From assembly GCA_030390025.1 (NCBI GenBank), contig JASTWF010000331.1, forward strand, positions 310,001 to 374,000: a DNA stretch of 64,000 bases, given 5' to 3'. Every line of letters starts with the position of its first letter. The first letter of the stretch is position 1. Shown here in pieces: positions 13,002 to 27,163 of the stretch. The notes beneath the pieces were generated by a model that saw nothing but the letters and a program-made list of their open reading frames with translations, had not been told where the DNA came from and ran no database searches. The translations under genes and the position numbers were made by a program. This stretch comes from Squalus acanthias (taxonomy: Eukaryota).

Positions 13002-13370
13002 ATGGCGGACACGAACGCAGTTTCTGTGAAACTGCCGGAGTTTTGGGAAAACCAGCCCGAAGCCTGGTTTCTCCAAGCCGAATCCCGATTTCGGCTGCGA
13101 AATATCACCACAGATGTGACCAAGTACGACTATCTCGTCACATCACTCGGTAGCGCCGCAGTTTCCAAGGTTTAGACAAAGCTGCAGAACCCACCAGAGG
13201 AAGGCAAGTACGCACATCTCAGGACAGTGCTCCTTAAAAAATTTACGGCCTTGGCATATCAGCGAAACTGCCACCTCCTCGAACTTCCAGGCCTCGGTGA
13301 TACCTCACCGTCAGACCTCCTCTCCCACATGCTCTCCCTCACTGACGAGAGCCCACCCGGATCCCTCTTC
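13002..13370 (+). pseudogene. gag: Gypsy gag N-terminal remnant
   Basis: MADTNAVSVKLPEFWENQPEAWFLQAESRFRLRNIT..; in-frame TAG at about 13172. Confidence 0.8.
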
Positions 13371-13371
13371 C

Positions 13372-14232
13372 ACACGCTGGCCTGAGGCAATTCCACTGAC
13401 CTCTACCACCACCGCCGACATCGCCAGAGCCTTCATCAGCACCTGGGTCGCACGGTTCGGCGTCCCCTCCGACATGACGTCGGACAGAGGTCCGCAATTT
13501 ACCTCTGAACTCTGGACCGCCGTCGCACGCAATCTCGGGGTGACCATTCACCACACCACAGCATACCACCCCCAAGCCAACGGACTGTGTGAGCGGTTCC
13601 ACAGATCCTTGAAGGCATCTCTTCGAGCCAGCCTCCAAGATGGCACCTGGACCGACCGACTTCCGTGGATCCTCCTCGGCCTGTGCACTGCGGTTAAAGA
13701 AGACCTCCACGCATCGGCAGCAGAGCTCCTGTACGGTCAGCCGCTGCGCGGACACGGCGAGTTCCTGCCCACTGCCACGACACCCTGGTCAGCCGACCAG
13801 CAACGCCACGACTTCGCCTCACCGGCGCTGCAGTTCACCCCGGTGCCCATTGCCCGACATTGCGAATCCACCTCACATGTCCCACTAAGCCTGCACCAGG
13901 CACGGTTTGTTTTCATCTGGCACGACGCCCACCGCAGACCTCTTCAACCCCCGTACGACGGACCCTACAAGGTGCTACAGGCTGGGGACAAATTTTTCAC
14001 CCTGCAAGTGGGCGACAGGAACGAAAAAGTGTCGGTTGACCGACTCAAGCCAGCACACTCGGAGCCCGGTGAGCAGGTCACTGTAGCTCATCCCCTTCCA
14101 CGCGGCCGACCTGCCCTCAAGCCGGTTCACGCATCTGCTCCACGCCCGGCCGTTCCACATCCACCGGCGTCCTACAAGAGCCGCTCCGGCCGGCCCATCA
14201 GACAACTGCACCGTCTCGTCCACACCTCCTAA
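13372..14232 (+). pseudogene. pol: Gypsy integrase core and C-terminus (N-terminus and first catalytic D lost)
   Basis: TRWPEAIPL, SDRGPQF, YHPQANGLCERFHR and YDGPYKV (GPY/F) motifs. Confidence 0.9.
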
Positions 14233-14483
14233 GCGGATTCTGGGTTGAGCTGTGTGGCGGATCGCCACCTAAAGGAGCATTATCCACTATTCCGTCTGTG
14301 GACAATATATCGAGCACCTTCCCTTTAAGGCACCTTACCTTTAAGGCAGGAGTGGGCGGGGCCTCAGGGTTTTTCAAGCGAATTCTGGGAGCAGTCATTT
14401 TGCACCATGCAGTTGTGTTAAAATGTCTCTTGTTTTCCACACCTGGATTCAGCCTTAATTCTTGTTTCGCGGCAGCCTCAACA

Positions 14484-17400
14484 AGGTGATGTATTAGTTT
14501 GAGGTGCTGTTTTAGTTTGAGGGGCTGTATTAGTTTGAGGGGCTGTATTAGATTGAGGGGCTGTATTATTTTGAGGGGCTGTATTAGTTTGCAAGGCTGT
14601 ATTAGTTTGAGGATCTGTATTAGTTTGAGGGGCTGTAATAGTTTGAGGGACTGTATTAGTTTGAGGGGCTGTATTATTTTGAGGGGCTGTATTAGTTTGC
14701 AGGGCTGTATTAGTTTGAGGGGCTGTATTAGTTTGAGGGGCTGTATTAGTTTGAGGGGCTGTATTAGTTTGAGGATCTGTATTAGTTTGAGGGGCTGTAA
14801 TAGTTTGAGGGGCTGTATTAGTTTGAGGGGCTGTATTATTTTGAGGGGCTGTATTAGTTTGAGGGGCTGTATTAGTTTGAGGGGCTGTATTAGTTTGAGG
14901 GGCTGTATTAGTTTGAGGGGCTGTATTAGTTTGACGGGCTGTATTAGTTTGAGGGACTGTATTAGTTTGATGGTCTGTATTAGTTTGAGGTGCTGTCTTA
15001 GTTTGAGGTATTGTATTAGTTTGAAAGGCTGTATTAGTTTTAGGGACTGTATTAGTTTGAGGGTCTGTATTAGTTTGAGGGGCTGTATTAGTTTGAGGGG
15101 CTGTATTAGTTTGAGGGGCTGTATTAGTTTGAGGGGCGGTATTAGTTTGAGAGGCTGTATTAGTTTTAGGGGCTGTATTAGTTTTAGGGGCTGTATTATT
15201 TTGAGGGGCTGTATTAGTTTGCAAGGCTGTATTAGTTTGAGGGTCTGTATTAGTTTGAGGGGCTGTATTAGTTTGAGGGGCTGTATTAGTTTGAGGGGCT
15301 GTATTAGTTTGAGGGGCTGTATTAGTTTGACGGGCTGTATTAGTTTGAGGGACTGTATTACTTTGATGGTCTGTATTAGTTTGAGGTGCTGTCTTAGTTT
15401 GAGGTATTGTATTAGTTTGAAAGGCTGTATTAGTTTGAGGGACTGCATTAGTTTGAGGGTCTGTATTAGTTTGAGGGGCTGTAGTAGTTTGAGGGGCTGT
15501 ATTAGTTTGAGGAGCTGTATTAGTTTGAGGGGCTGTATTAGTTTGTGGGGCTGTATTAGTATGAGGAGCTGCATTAGTTTGAGGTACTGTATTAGTTTGA
15601 GGGTCTGTATCAGTTTGAGGGTCTGAATCAGTTTGAGGTGCTGTATCAGTTTGGCTGGCTGTATTAGTTGTGAGGTACAGTATTAGTTTGAGGTGCTGTA
15701 TTAGTTGGAGGGGCTGCATTAGTTTGAGGTGCTGTATTCGTTTGAGGTGCTGTGTTAGTTTGAGGGGCTGTATTAGTTTGAGGGTCTGTATTATTTTGTG
15801 GGGCTGATTAGTTTGAGGTTCTGTATTAGATTGAGGAGCTGTATTAGTATGAGGAGCTGTATTAGTTGAACGTACTGTATTAGTTTAAGGGCCTGTAATA
15901 GTTTGAGGTACTGTATTCGTTTGAGGGGCTGTATCAGTTTGAGGAGCTGTATTAGTTTGAGGGGTTGTATTAGTTTGAGGAGCTGTACTCGTTTTATGTA
16001 CTGTATTAGTTTGAAGGGCTGTATTAGTTTCAGGGCCTTTATTAGTTTGAGGTACTGTATTAATTTAAGGGGCTGTATTAGTTTGAGGGTCTGTATTAGT
16101 TTGAGGTAATGTATTAGTTTGAGGGGTTGTATTAGTTTGAATACTGTATTCGTTTGAGGGGCTGTATTAGTTTGAGGGTCTGTATTAGTTGGAGGTACTG
16201 TATTAGTTTGAGGGGCTGTATTAGTTTGAGGGGCTGTATTAGTTTGAGGGGCTGTATTAGTTTCAGGGGCTGTATTAATTTGAGGGGATATATTAGTTTG
16301 AGGTGCTGTATTAGTTTGAGGGGCTGTATTATTTTGAGGGGCTGTATTAGTTTGCAAGGCTGTATTAGTTTGAGGATCTGTATTAGTTTGAGGGGCTGTA
16401 ATAGTTTGAGGGGCTGTATTAGTTTGAGGGGCTGTATTAGTTTGAGGGGCTGTATTAGTTTGAGGGGCTGTATTCGTTTGCAGGGCTGTATTAGTTTGAG
16501 GGGCTGTATTAGTTTGAGGGGCTGTATTAGTTTGAGGGGCTGTCTTAGTTTGAGGATCTGTATTAGTTTGAGGGGCTGTAATAGTTTGAGGGGCTGTATT
16601 AGTTTGAGGGGCTGTAATAGTTTGAGTGGCTGTATTAGTTTGCGGGGCTGTATTAGTTTGCAGGGCTGTATTAGTTTGAGGGGCTGTATTAGTTTGAGGG
16701 GCTGTATTAGTTTGAGGGGCTGTATTAGTTTGACGGGCTGTATTAGTTTGAGGGACTGTATTACTTTGATTGTCTGTATTAGTTTGAGGGGCTGTATTAG
16801 TTTGAGGGGCTGTATTAGATTGAGGGGCAGTATAATTTTGAGTGGCCGTATTAGTTTGCCAGGCTGTATTAGTTTGAGAGTCTGTATTAGTTTGAGGGGC
16901 TGTATTAGTTTGAGGGGCTGTATTAGTTTGAGGGGCTGTATTAGTTTGAGGGGCTGTATTAGTTTGAGGGGCTGTATTAGTTTGAGGGGCTGTATTAGTT
17001 TGAGGGACTGTATTACTTTGATGGTCTGTATTAGTTTGAGGTGCTGTCTTAGTTTGAGGTATTGTATTAGTTTGAAAGGCTGTATTAGTTTGAGGGACTG
17101 TATTAGTTTGAGGGTCTGTATTAGTTTGAGGGGCTGTAGTAGTTTGAGGGGCTGTATTAGTTTGAGGAGCTGTATTAGTTTGTGGGGCTGTATTAGTATG
17201 AGGAGCTGCATATGTTTGAGGTACTGTATTGGTTTGAGGGTCTGTATCAGTTTGAGGGTCTGAATCAGTTTGAGGTGCTGTATCAGTTTGGCTGGCTGTA
17301 TTAGTTTGAGGGGCAGTATTAGTTTGAGGGGCTGTATTAGTTTGAGGAGCTGTATTTGTTTGAGGTACAGTATTAGTTTGAGGTGCTGTATTAGTTGGAG

Positions 17401-20400
17401 AGGCTGTATTAGTTTGAGGGGCTGTATTAGTTTGAGGGGCTGTATTAGTTTGAGGGTCTGTATTATTTTGTGGGGCTGTATTAGTTTGAGGTTCTGTATT
17501 AGTTTGAGGAGCTGTATTAGTATGAGGAGCTGTATTAGTTTAACGTACTGTATTAGTTTAAGGGCCTGTAATAGTTTGAGGTGCTGTATTAGTTTGAGGG
17601 GCTGTATCAGTTTGAGGAGCTGTATTAGTTTGAGGGGTTGTATTAGTTTGAGGAGCTGTACTAGTTTTATGTACTGTATTAGTTTGAAGGGCTGTATTAG
17701 TTTCAGGGCCTTTATTAGTTTGAGGTACTGTATTAGTTTGAGGGTCTGTATTAGTTTGAGGTAATGTTATAGTTTGAGGGTCTGTATTAGTTTGAGGGGC
17801 TGTATTAATTGGAGGGGATATATTAGTTTGAGGGGGTGTATTAGTTTGAGGTACTGTATTAATTTGAAAGGATGTATTAGTTAGAGGGATTGTATTAGTT
17901 TGAGTGGCTGCATTAGTTTGAGGGGGTGTATTAGTTTGAGGGACTGTATTAGTTTGAGGGGCTGTATTAGTTTGAGGTGCTGTATTAGTTTGAGGTACTG
18001 TATTAATTTGAAATGCTGTATTAGTTTGAGTAGCTGTATTAGTTTGAGGGTCTGTATTAGTTTCAGGGATTGTATTAGTTTGATGGTCTGTGTTAGTTTG
18101 AGGGTCTGTATTAGTTTCAGGGATTGTATTAGTTTGATGGTCTGTGTTAGTTTGAGGGTCTGTATTAGTTTCAGGGTCTGTATTAGTTTGAGGTACTGTA
18201 TTAGTTTGAGGGGCTGTATTAGTTTGAGGAGCTGTATTAGTTTGAGTGTCTGTATTAGTTTGAGGGGTTGTATTAGTTTGAGGGTCTGTATTAGTTTGAG
18301 GGGCTGTATAAGTTTTAGGGCCTGTATTAGTTTCAGGGGCTGTATTAGTTTGAGGGTCTGTATTAGTTTGAGGGGCTGTATTAGTTTGAGGTGCTGTATT
18401 GGTTTGAGGAGCTGTATTATTTTGAGGGTCTGTATTAGTTTGAGGTGCTGTATTAGTTTGAGGAGCTGTATTAGTTTGAGTTTCTGTATTAGTTTGAGGT
18501 GTTGTATTAGTTTGAGGGACTGTATTAATTTGAGGGGCTGCATTAGTTTGAGGGCCTGTATTAGTTTGAGGAGCTGTATTAGTTTGAGGGGCTGTATTAG
18601 TTTGAGGGGCTGTATTAGTTTGAGGTTCTGTATTAGTTTGAGGTGTTGTATTAGTTTGAGGTACTGTATTAGTTTGAGGGGCTGCATTAGTTTGAGGGGC
18701 TGTATTAGTTTGAGGGCCTGTATTAGTTTGAGGAGCTGTATTAGTTTGAGGGGCTGTATTAGTTTGAGGGGCTGTATTAGTTTGAGGGGCTCTATTAGTT
18801 TGAGGGGCGCTTTTTGTTTGAGGGGCTGTATTAGTTTGAGGGACAGTATTAGTTTGAGGGGCTCTATTAGTTTGAGGGGCGCTTTTTGTTTGAGGGGCTG
18901 TATTAGTTTGAGGTGCTGTATTAGTTTGAGGGGCTGTCTTAGTTTGATGTACTGAATTAGTTTGAGGGTCTGTATTAGTTTGAGGTACTGTATTTGTTTT
19001 AGGGTCTGTATTAGTTTGAGGGGCTGTATTAGTTTGAGGGGCTGTATTTGATTGAGGGGCTGTATTATTTTGAGGGGCTGTATTAGTTTGCAAGGCTGTA
19101 TTAGTTTGAGGGGCTGTATTAGTTTCAGGGGCTGTATTAATTTGAGGGGCTATATTAGTTTGAGGTGCTGTATTAGTTTGAGGGTCTGTATTAGTTTGAG
19201 GGGGTGTATTAGTTTGAGGTACTGTATTAATTTGAAAGGCTGTATTAGTTTGAGGGACTGTATTAGTTTGAGTGGCTGTATTAGTTTGCGGGGATGTATT
19301 AGTTTGAGGGGCTGTATTAGTTTGAGGTGCTGTATTAGTTTGAGGTACTGCATTATTTTGAAATGCTGTATTAGTTTGAGGAGCTGTATTAGTTTGAGGG
19401 TCTGTATTAGTTTGAGGGATTGTATTAGTTTGATGGTCTGTATTAGTTTGAGGGGCTGTATTAGTTTGAGGTGCCGTATTAGTTTGAGGAGCTGTATTAG
19501 TTTGAGGGTCTGTATTAGTTTGAGGGATTGTATTAGTTTGATGGTCTGTATTAGTTTGAGGGGCTGTAATAGTTTGAGGTGCTCTATTAGTTTGAGGAGC
19601 TGTATTAGTTTGAGGTACTGTATTATTTTGAGGGTCTGTATTAGTTTGAGGGGCTGTATTAGTTTGAGGTACTGTATTAGTTTGAGGTGCTGTATTAGTT
19701 TGAGGGGCTGTCTTAGTTTGATGTACTGAATTAGTTTGAGGAGCTGTATTTGGTTGAAAGTCTGTATTAGTTTGAGTTGATGTATTAGTTTGAGTGGCTG
19801 TATTATTTTGAGGGCCTGTATTATTTTGAGGGGCTGTATTAGTTTGAGGGGCTGTATTAGTTTGAGGGGCTGTATTAGTTTGAGTTGCTGTATTAGTTTG
19901 AGGAGCTGTATTAGTTTGAGGAGCTGTATTAGTTTGAGGGGCTGTATTAGTTTGAGTTGCTGTATTAGTTTGAGGGGCTGTATTAGTTTGAGGGGCTGTA
20001 TTAGTTTGAGGGGCTGTATTAGTTTGAGGTGCTGTATTCGTTTGAGGAGCTGTATTATTTTGAGGGTCTGTATTAGTTTGAGGGGCTGTATTAGTTTGAG
20101 GTGCTGTATTAGTTTGAGGAGCTGTATTAGATTGAGGGTCTGTATTAGTTTGAGGGGTTGTATTAGTTTGAGGTACTGTATTAGTTTGAGGGGCTGTGTT
20201 ACATTGAGGTACTGTATTAGTTTGAGGGGCTGCATTAGTTTGAGGGCCTGTATTAGTTTGAGGAGCTCTATCAGTTTGAGGGGCTGTATTAGTTTGAGGG
20301 GCTGTATTAGTTTGAGGGGCTGTATTAGTTTGAGGGGCTGTATTAGTTTGAGGGGCTGTTTTAGTTTGAGGGTCTGTATTAGTTTGAGTCGCTGTATTAG

Positions 20401-22411
20401 TTTGAGGGTCTGTATTAGTTTGAGGGGCTGTTTTAGTTTGAGGGGCTGTTTTAGTTTGAGGGGCTGTTTTAGTTTGAGGGGCTGTATTAGTTTGAGGGGC
20501 TCTATTAGTTTGAGGGGCTGTATTAGTTTGAGGGGCTGTTTTAGTTTGAGGGGTTGTATTAGTTTGAGGGTCTGTATTAGTTTGAGGGGCTCTATTAGTT
20601 TGAGGTGCTGTATTAGTTTGAGGTGCTGTATTAGTTTGAGGTGCTGTATTAGTTTGAGGGGCTGTCTTAGTTTGATGTACTGTATTATTTTGAGGGCCTG
20701 TATTATTTTGAGGGACTGTATTAGTTTTAGGGTCTGTATTAGTTTCAGGGGCTGTATTAGTTTGAGGGTCTGTATTAGTTTGAGAGGCTGTATTAGTTTG
20801 AGGTGCTATATTGGTTTGAGGAGCTGTATTATTTTGAGGGTCTGTATTAGTTTGAGGTTCTGTATTAGTTTGAGGTGTTGTATTAGTTTGAGGTGCTGTA
20901 TTAGTTTCAGGGGCTGCATTAGTTTGAGGGCCTGTATTAGTTTGAGGAGCTGTATTAGTTTGAGGGGCTGTATTAGTTTGAGGGGCTGTATTAGTTTGAG
21001 GGGCTCTATTAGTTTGAGGGGCGCTTTTTGTTTGAGGGGCTGTATTAGTTTGAGGGACAGTATTAGTTTGAGGTGCTATATTAGTTTGTGGGGCTGTCTT
21101 AGTTTGATGTACTGAATTAGTTTGAGGGTCTGTATTAGTTTGAGGGGCTGTATTAGTTTGAGGTGCTGTATTGGTTTGAGGAGCTGTATTATTTTGAGGG
21201 ACTGTATTAGTTTGAGGGTCTGTATTAGTTTGATGGGCTGTATTAGTTTGAGGTACTGTATTAGTTTGAAAGACTGTATTATTTTGAGGGGCTGTATTAG
21301 TTTGAGGGGCTGTATCAGTTTGAAGGTCTGTATTTGTTTGAGGAGCTGTATTAGTTTGATGGACTGTATTAGTTTGAGGGGCTGTAATAGTTTGAGGCAC
21401 TGTATTAGTTTGAGGGTCTGTATTAGTTTGAGGGTCTATTAGTTTGAGGAGCTGTATTAGTTTCAGAAGCTGTGTTAGTTTGAGGGTCTGTATTAGTTTG
21501 AAGGTCTGTATTAGTTTGAGGCACTGTATTAGTTTGAGGGGCTGTATTAGTTTGAGGGTCTATTAGTTTGTGGAGCTGTATTAGTTTGAGAAGCTGTATT
21601 AGTTTGAGGGGCTGTATTAGTTTAAGGAGCTGTATTAGTCTGAGGGGCTGTATTAGTTTTATGGATTGTATTAGTTTGATGGGCTGTATTAGTTTGCGGG
21701 CTGTATTAGTTTGAGGTGATGTATAAGTTTGAGGTACTGTATTAGTTTGAAAGGCTGTATTATTTTGAGGGGCTGTATTAGTTTGAGGAGCTGTATTAGT
21801 TTGAAAGGCTGTATTATTTTGAGGGGCTGTATTAGTTTGAGGGGCTGTATCAGTTTGAGGATCTGTATTAGTTTGAGGGGCTGTATTAGTTTGAGGGTCT
21901 ATTAGTTTGAGGAGCTGTATTAGTTTCAGAAGCTGTGTTAGTTTGAGGGTCTGTATTAGTTTGAAGGTCTGTATTAGTTTGAGGCACTGTATTAGTTTGA
22001 GGGGCTGTGTTAGTTTGAGGAGCTGTATTAGTTTGAGAAGCTGTGTTAGTTTGAGGAGCTGTATTAGTTTGAGAAGCTGTATTAGTCTGAGGGGCTGTAT
22101 TAGTTTGAGGGGCTGTATTAGTTTGAGGGTCTGTATTAGTTTGAGGGGCTGTATTAGTTTGAGGGGCTGTATTAGTTTGAGGGGGTGCATTAGTTTGAGG
22201 GGTCTGTATTAGTTTGAGGGGCTGTATTAGTTTGAGGGGCTGTTTAAGTTTGAGGGGCTGCATTAGTTTGAGGGCATGTATTAGTTTGAGGAGCTTTTTT
22301 AGTTTGAGGGGTTGTATTAGTTTGCGGTGGTGTATTAGTTTTATGTACTGTATTAATTTGATGGGCTGTATTAGTTTGCGGTTGTGTATTAGTTTGAGGA
22401 TCTGTATTAGT
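14484..22411. repeat. 18-bp satellite (TGTATTAGTTTGAGGGGC)n, ~440 copies
   Basis: Continuous ~7.9-kb tandem array. Confidence 0.98.
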
Positions 22412-22477
22412 TGCAGTACCAATGCACATGGCAGGTAACTTGAATACAGACAAGCCCTGCATGCACACCAGGTTTTG

Positions 22478-22518
<41 letters not shown>

Positions 22519-25500
22519 GCCAGCCTTAAAATTGCCACAAATCACTGTCAGCAATGAAGGAAAGTATATTGCTATCCTTCATTTTAAACTGCTGAACAGA
22601 GCAGCACAAACAGACAGTTTTCAGGATTTTATCTTTTCAGTTTGCGGCCTACAGAAACAGGCTTTCTATTCTAATTCAAAAGCATATGCTGTTGATGTGT
22701 GAAATCTGAAATAAAATCAGAAAGTGTCGGAAATACTCAGCAAGTAAGGCAGCATCTGTGGAGAGAGAGAGAGAAACATAATTGATGTTTCAGCTCGATG
22801 ACATTTTTGTCAGATTCTGGCAAGATTTTCACGAAAGGTCATCAAGCTGAAACATTTACTCTGTTTCTCTGTATCTCCACTGATGCTGCCTAATCCGCTG
22901 AGTATTTCCAGCATTTTCTGTTTTTATTTTTATTCTGCATGTTGTTTTGATTTCATGTGTCTCTCTCACTGCCTGCCAGCCTGCCTGCCTTGTCTTGATT
23001 TGAGTAATGTGGAATAAAAAGAATGCAAATCTCCCATTGCAGCATTAATTTTCAGACAGTCCACAGACATTTTTCAGTATCTCACTGACTGACTGTCTGA
23101 ATTAAGTGAAGTGAAATGAGATAAAGTGCAATAAAGTGTTACACAACAGCATTACATGTGGACCAGAATGAAATCAATAGGGTTTAATACAACAACAGCA
23201 GGTAATAAGACAGCAGACCACATCTCGCACAAACACCAGCTTTTGCCCTCTCTCTCTCACACACACACTCACAGCCTGGCCAGCCTGCAGAGGGATGACT
23301 GCCGTGTTGGAAGATTAAAACCAAAAAGACACGATTCAGTATCTTATCTTTTTACTTTGTGACCTACAGAAACAGGCTTTCTGTTCTGCAACGTGCCTTT
23401 TGATTTCAGGACTCTCTCGCTCTCACTGACTGTCTGTCTGTCTGTCCCTCACACAGAAAAAAATCAAATGGAGTACTCTGAAAATAATTTTAAAAATATA
23501 TTATGTACGTTTTTTTTTACAAAAGTCTTGTCTTGTTTGGGTTGGGCTGAAGGGGAGAGTAAGATCCCACTGCAGGATATGCAATAAAACACTCCACAAA
23601 CATTCCCTTACAAAGTCCAGTCCAGAAAAATATCAAATGGCTTGATGTATATATGTAGATTTGCTTTTAGAAAATTCTTGAAAGAAAGGCAAAGTAAGAT
23701 CCCACAGCAGCACAGTCTGGAATGAAATCAGTATGATCTAATGGTATATACTTTCTGTTATTTACAGACATGAGATGCAATACGAATGCACACGGCAGAT
23801 AACTTGAACACAGACAAGCCCTAAATTTTGCTGTCTATCTCTCTCTCTCTCTCTAACACACTCACACACACACAGGCCAGCCTGCAAAATCGCCACAAAT
23901 CACTGTCAGCAATGAAAGAAAGTTGATTTCTATCATTGCTCTGGTCTGTTTGGCAGTTTATACGCAAACAGAGATTTTTCAGGGTTTTATCATTTCAATT
24001 TGTGGCCTACAGAAACAGGCTTTCTATTCTGCTTCAAAAGAAAATGCTGTGGATGTGGGAAATCTGAAATAAAAACAGTAAATGCTGGAAATACTCGGCA
24101 GGTAAGGCAGCATCTGTGGAGAGAGAGATAAACAGATTTAATGTTTCAGCTCGATTACCTTTTATCAGATTCTGGCAAGTTTGTGATGAAAGGTCATCGA
24201 GCTGAAACATTTACTCTGTTTCCCTGCCTCTCCACTGATGCTGCCTAACACACTGAGTATTTCCAGCATTTTCTGTTTTTATTTCTATTCTGCATGTTGT
24301 CTTGATTTCATGTGTCTCTCTCACTGCCAGCCTGAAAGCCCTTTTCTTGATTTGAGTAGAGTGGAATAAAAATAATCCAATGATCCCAGACAGCTTTTAA
24401 TGTCAGACAGTCCACAATGACATTTTTCAATATCTCACTGACTGACTGTCGGTCTTGAAGTGAAGTGAAATGAAATAAAGTGCAATGAAGTGATACACAA
24501 CAGCATTACATGTGGACCTGGCCAGAATGAAATCAATAGGGTTTAATACAACAGCAGGTAATAAGACAGCAGACCACATCTCACACAAACACCAGCTTTT
24601 GCCCTCTCTCTCTCTCTCTCACACACACTCACAGCCTGGCCAGCATGCAGAGGGATGACTGCCGTGTTGGAAGATTAAAACCAAAGAGACACTTTTCAGT
24701 ATCTTATCTTTTCATTTTTTGGCCTACAGAAGCAGGCTTTCTATTCTGCTACTTGCCTTTTGATTTCATGTTTCTCTCGCTCTCACTGTCTGTCTGTCTG
24801 TCACTCACACAGCCTCCCTCCCACCCACATTGAACTAAAATTTACAGTAACATCACTCACACCCTCACCCAGACTCTGCAATTGGCAGACACACAGATAC
24901 CCACGCACATACATACACACTCACACAGACTTCAATTTGCAGAAACTCCCACTCACACAATTATTTTGAAAAATGTGGAGCCTGGGAGTGTGAATTTTTG
25001 ATGATGTCCTTTCCTGGCTGTGCGGCTAGGTTTGATGATGTCAATCCAAAAGAACGAAGTGAAGCCGAGGCCCCAGAAATCTGGGTCCCCCAGAGGAAAT
25101 GAAAGCACGGGAGGGTGAAAAGAAGTAAATACAATCAGGAATAAATAATAATATATATACTTTACTTCTGATAACTAAATGTTTGCCTGTCTGTGGTTTG
25201 CCTGGAGTGTAATAACATGAATGGAAAGATCGCAAAGCAAGTTTTGCTCTGAAAAAATCCCAAGCACATTCCCCAATAAAGCCCAGTCCAGAAAAAAATC
25301 AAATGGATTATTCTGAAAATAATTCAAAAAAATATAATATATACTTCTTTTTTTAAATGTCTTGTTTTGTTTGGGTTGGGCTGAAGGGGAGAGTAAGATC
25401 CCACAGCAGGATGTGCCATGAAACACTTCACAAACATTCCCCGATGAAGTCCAGTCCAGTAAAATATCAAATGGTTTGATGTATATATGTAGATTTGCTT

Positions 25501-25695
25501 TTTACAAAATTCATGAAAGAAAGGCAAAGTAAGATCCCACCACAGCGCAGTCTGGAATTAAATCAGTATGATCTAATGGTGTATACTTTCTGTTGTTTTC
25601 AGACATGAGCTGCAGTACCAATGAACACAGCAGATAACTTGAACACAGACAAGCCCTGCATACACACCAGCTTTTGCTGTCTGTCTCTCTCTCTG

Positions 25696-25728
<33 letters not shown>

Positions 25729-25886
25729 CCAGCCTGCAAAATTGCCACAAATCACTGTCAGCAATGAAAGAAAGTTGATTTATTTTATTGCTCTGCTCTG
25801 TTTGGCAGTTTAAAAGCAAACAGACAGTTTTAAGAATTTAATCTTTTCATTTTGCGGCCTACAGAAACAGGCTTTCTATTCTAAAT

Positions 25887-26137
25887 CAAAAGCAAATGCT
25901 GTGGATGTAGGAAATCTGAAATAAAAACAGAAAATGCTGGAAATACTCAGCAGGTAAGGCAGCATCTGTGGAGAGAGAGAGAAACAGAGTTAATGTTTCA
26001 GCTCGATTACCTTTTGTCAGATTCTGGCAAGGTTCTGACGAAAGGTCATCGAGCTTAATCATTTACTCTGTTTCTCTGTATCTCCACTGATGCTGCCTAA
26101 CATACTGAGTATTTCCAGCATTTTCTGTTTTCATTTC
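25887..26137. mobile_element. ORF-less hairpin of two inverted Penelope pLTR ends (one per unit; others at about 12059, 22677, 24036, 30448, 32218, 34414)
   Basis: Arms GAAATAAAAACAGAAAATGCTGGAAATACTCAG... and ...CTGAGTATTTCCAGCATTTTCTGTTTT are homologous to the pLTR at 29580-29718; flanked by TTTCTATTCTGCAT-like direct repeats. Confidence 0.82.
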
Positions 26138-27126
26138 TATTCTGCATGTTGTCTTGATTTCATGTGTCTCTATCACTGCCTGCCTGCCTGTCTGCCTTGT
26201 GTTGATTTGAGCAGAGTGGAATAAAAAGAATGCAAAGATCCCAGAGCACATTTTATTGTCAGACAGTCCACAAAGACATTTTCAGTATCTCACTGACTGA
26301 CTGTCTGTCTTGAATTGATTGAAATGAAATAAAGTGCAATGAAGTGATACACAACAGCATTACATGTGGACCAGGCCAGAATGAAATCAATAGGGTTTAA
26401 TACAACAACAGCAGGTTATGAGACAGCAGACCACATCTCACACAAACACCAGCTTTTGCCCTCTCTCTCTCTCTCACACACTCACAGCCTGGCCAGCCTG
26501 CAGAGAAATGACTGCCGTGTTGGAAGATTAAAACCAAAAAAACACTTTTCAGTATCTTATCTTTTCACTTTGTGGCCTGCAGAAACAGGCTTTCTAATCT
26601 GCTACTTGCCTTTTGCTTTCATGTCTCTCTACCTCTCACTGACTTTCTGTCTGTCTGTCACTCAAACAGACACCCACCCACCCACATTGAACTAAAATTT
26701 ACAGTAACATCACACACCCACTCACACAGACTCTGCAATTGGCAGACACACAGACACCCACGCATGTAGACATGCTCACACACTCTGCTATTTACAGACA
26801 CACAGACACCCACTCACATACAGACTCACTCACAGTCTCTGCAATTTGCCTGGACTCACCCTCACACACACAACCATTTTGAAAGATGTGGAGCCTGGTA
26901 ATGTAAATTTTTGATGATGTCCCTTCCTCGCTCTGCGTTCATGTTTGACGAGGACAATCAAACAGGGAGAAGTGAAGCCGAGGCCCAAGAAATCCAGGTC
27001 CCCGAGAGGAAATGAAAGCCCGGGAGGGTGAAAATAAGTAAATACAATCAGGAATAAATAATAATAAATACAGAAAACGCTGGAAAAACTCAGCAGGCCA
27101 GGCAGCATCCGTGGAGAGAGAAAGAG

Positions 27127-27163
27127 AGTTGACGTTTCAGGTCGATGACCTTTCATCAGAACT
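27127..27163 (-). ncRNA. Minimal type I hammerhead ribozyme (inverted pLTR copy)
   Basis: Exact reverse complement of 29583-29619. Confidence 0.83.

Larger units (their letters stand above)
12736..14483 (+). mobile_element. Ty3/Gypsy LTR retrotransposon (CsRn1-like), internally deleted
   Basis: TG...CA LTRs at 12736-12961 and 14253-14483; PBS TGGTGACCCCGACG; gag N-terminus fused to integrase. Confidence 0.92.

Noticed and set aside
14198..22554. Long ORFs of (QTNTAP)n, (LKLIQP)n and (CISLRG)n, up to 1280 aa
   Set aside because: Stop-free frames of an 18-bp satellite on both strands, with frameshifts and no unique domain
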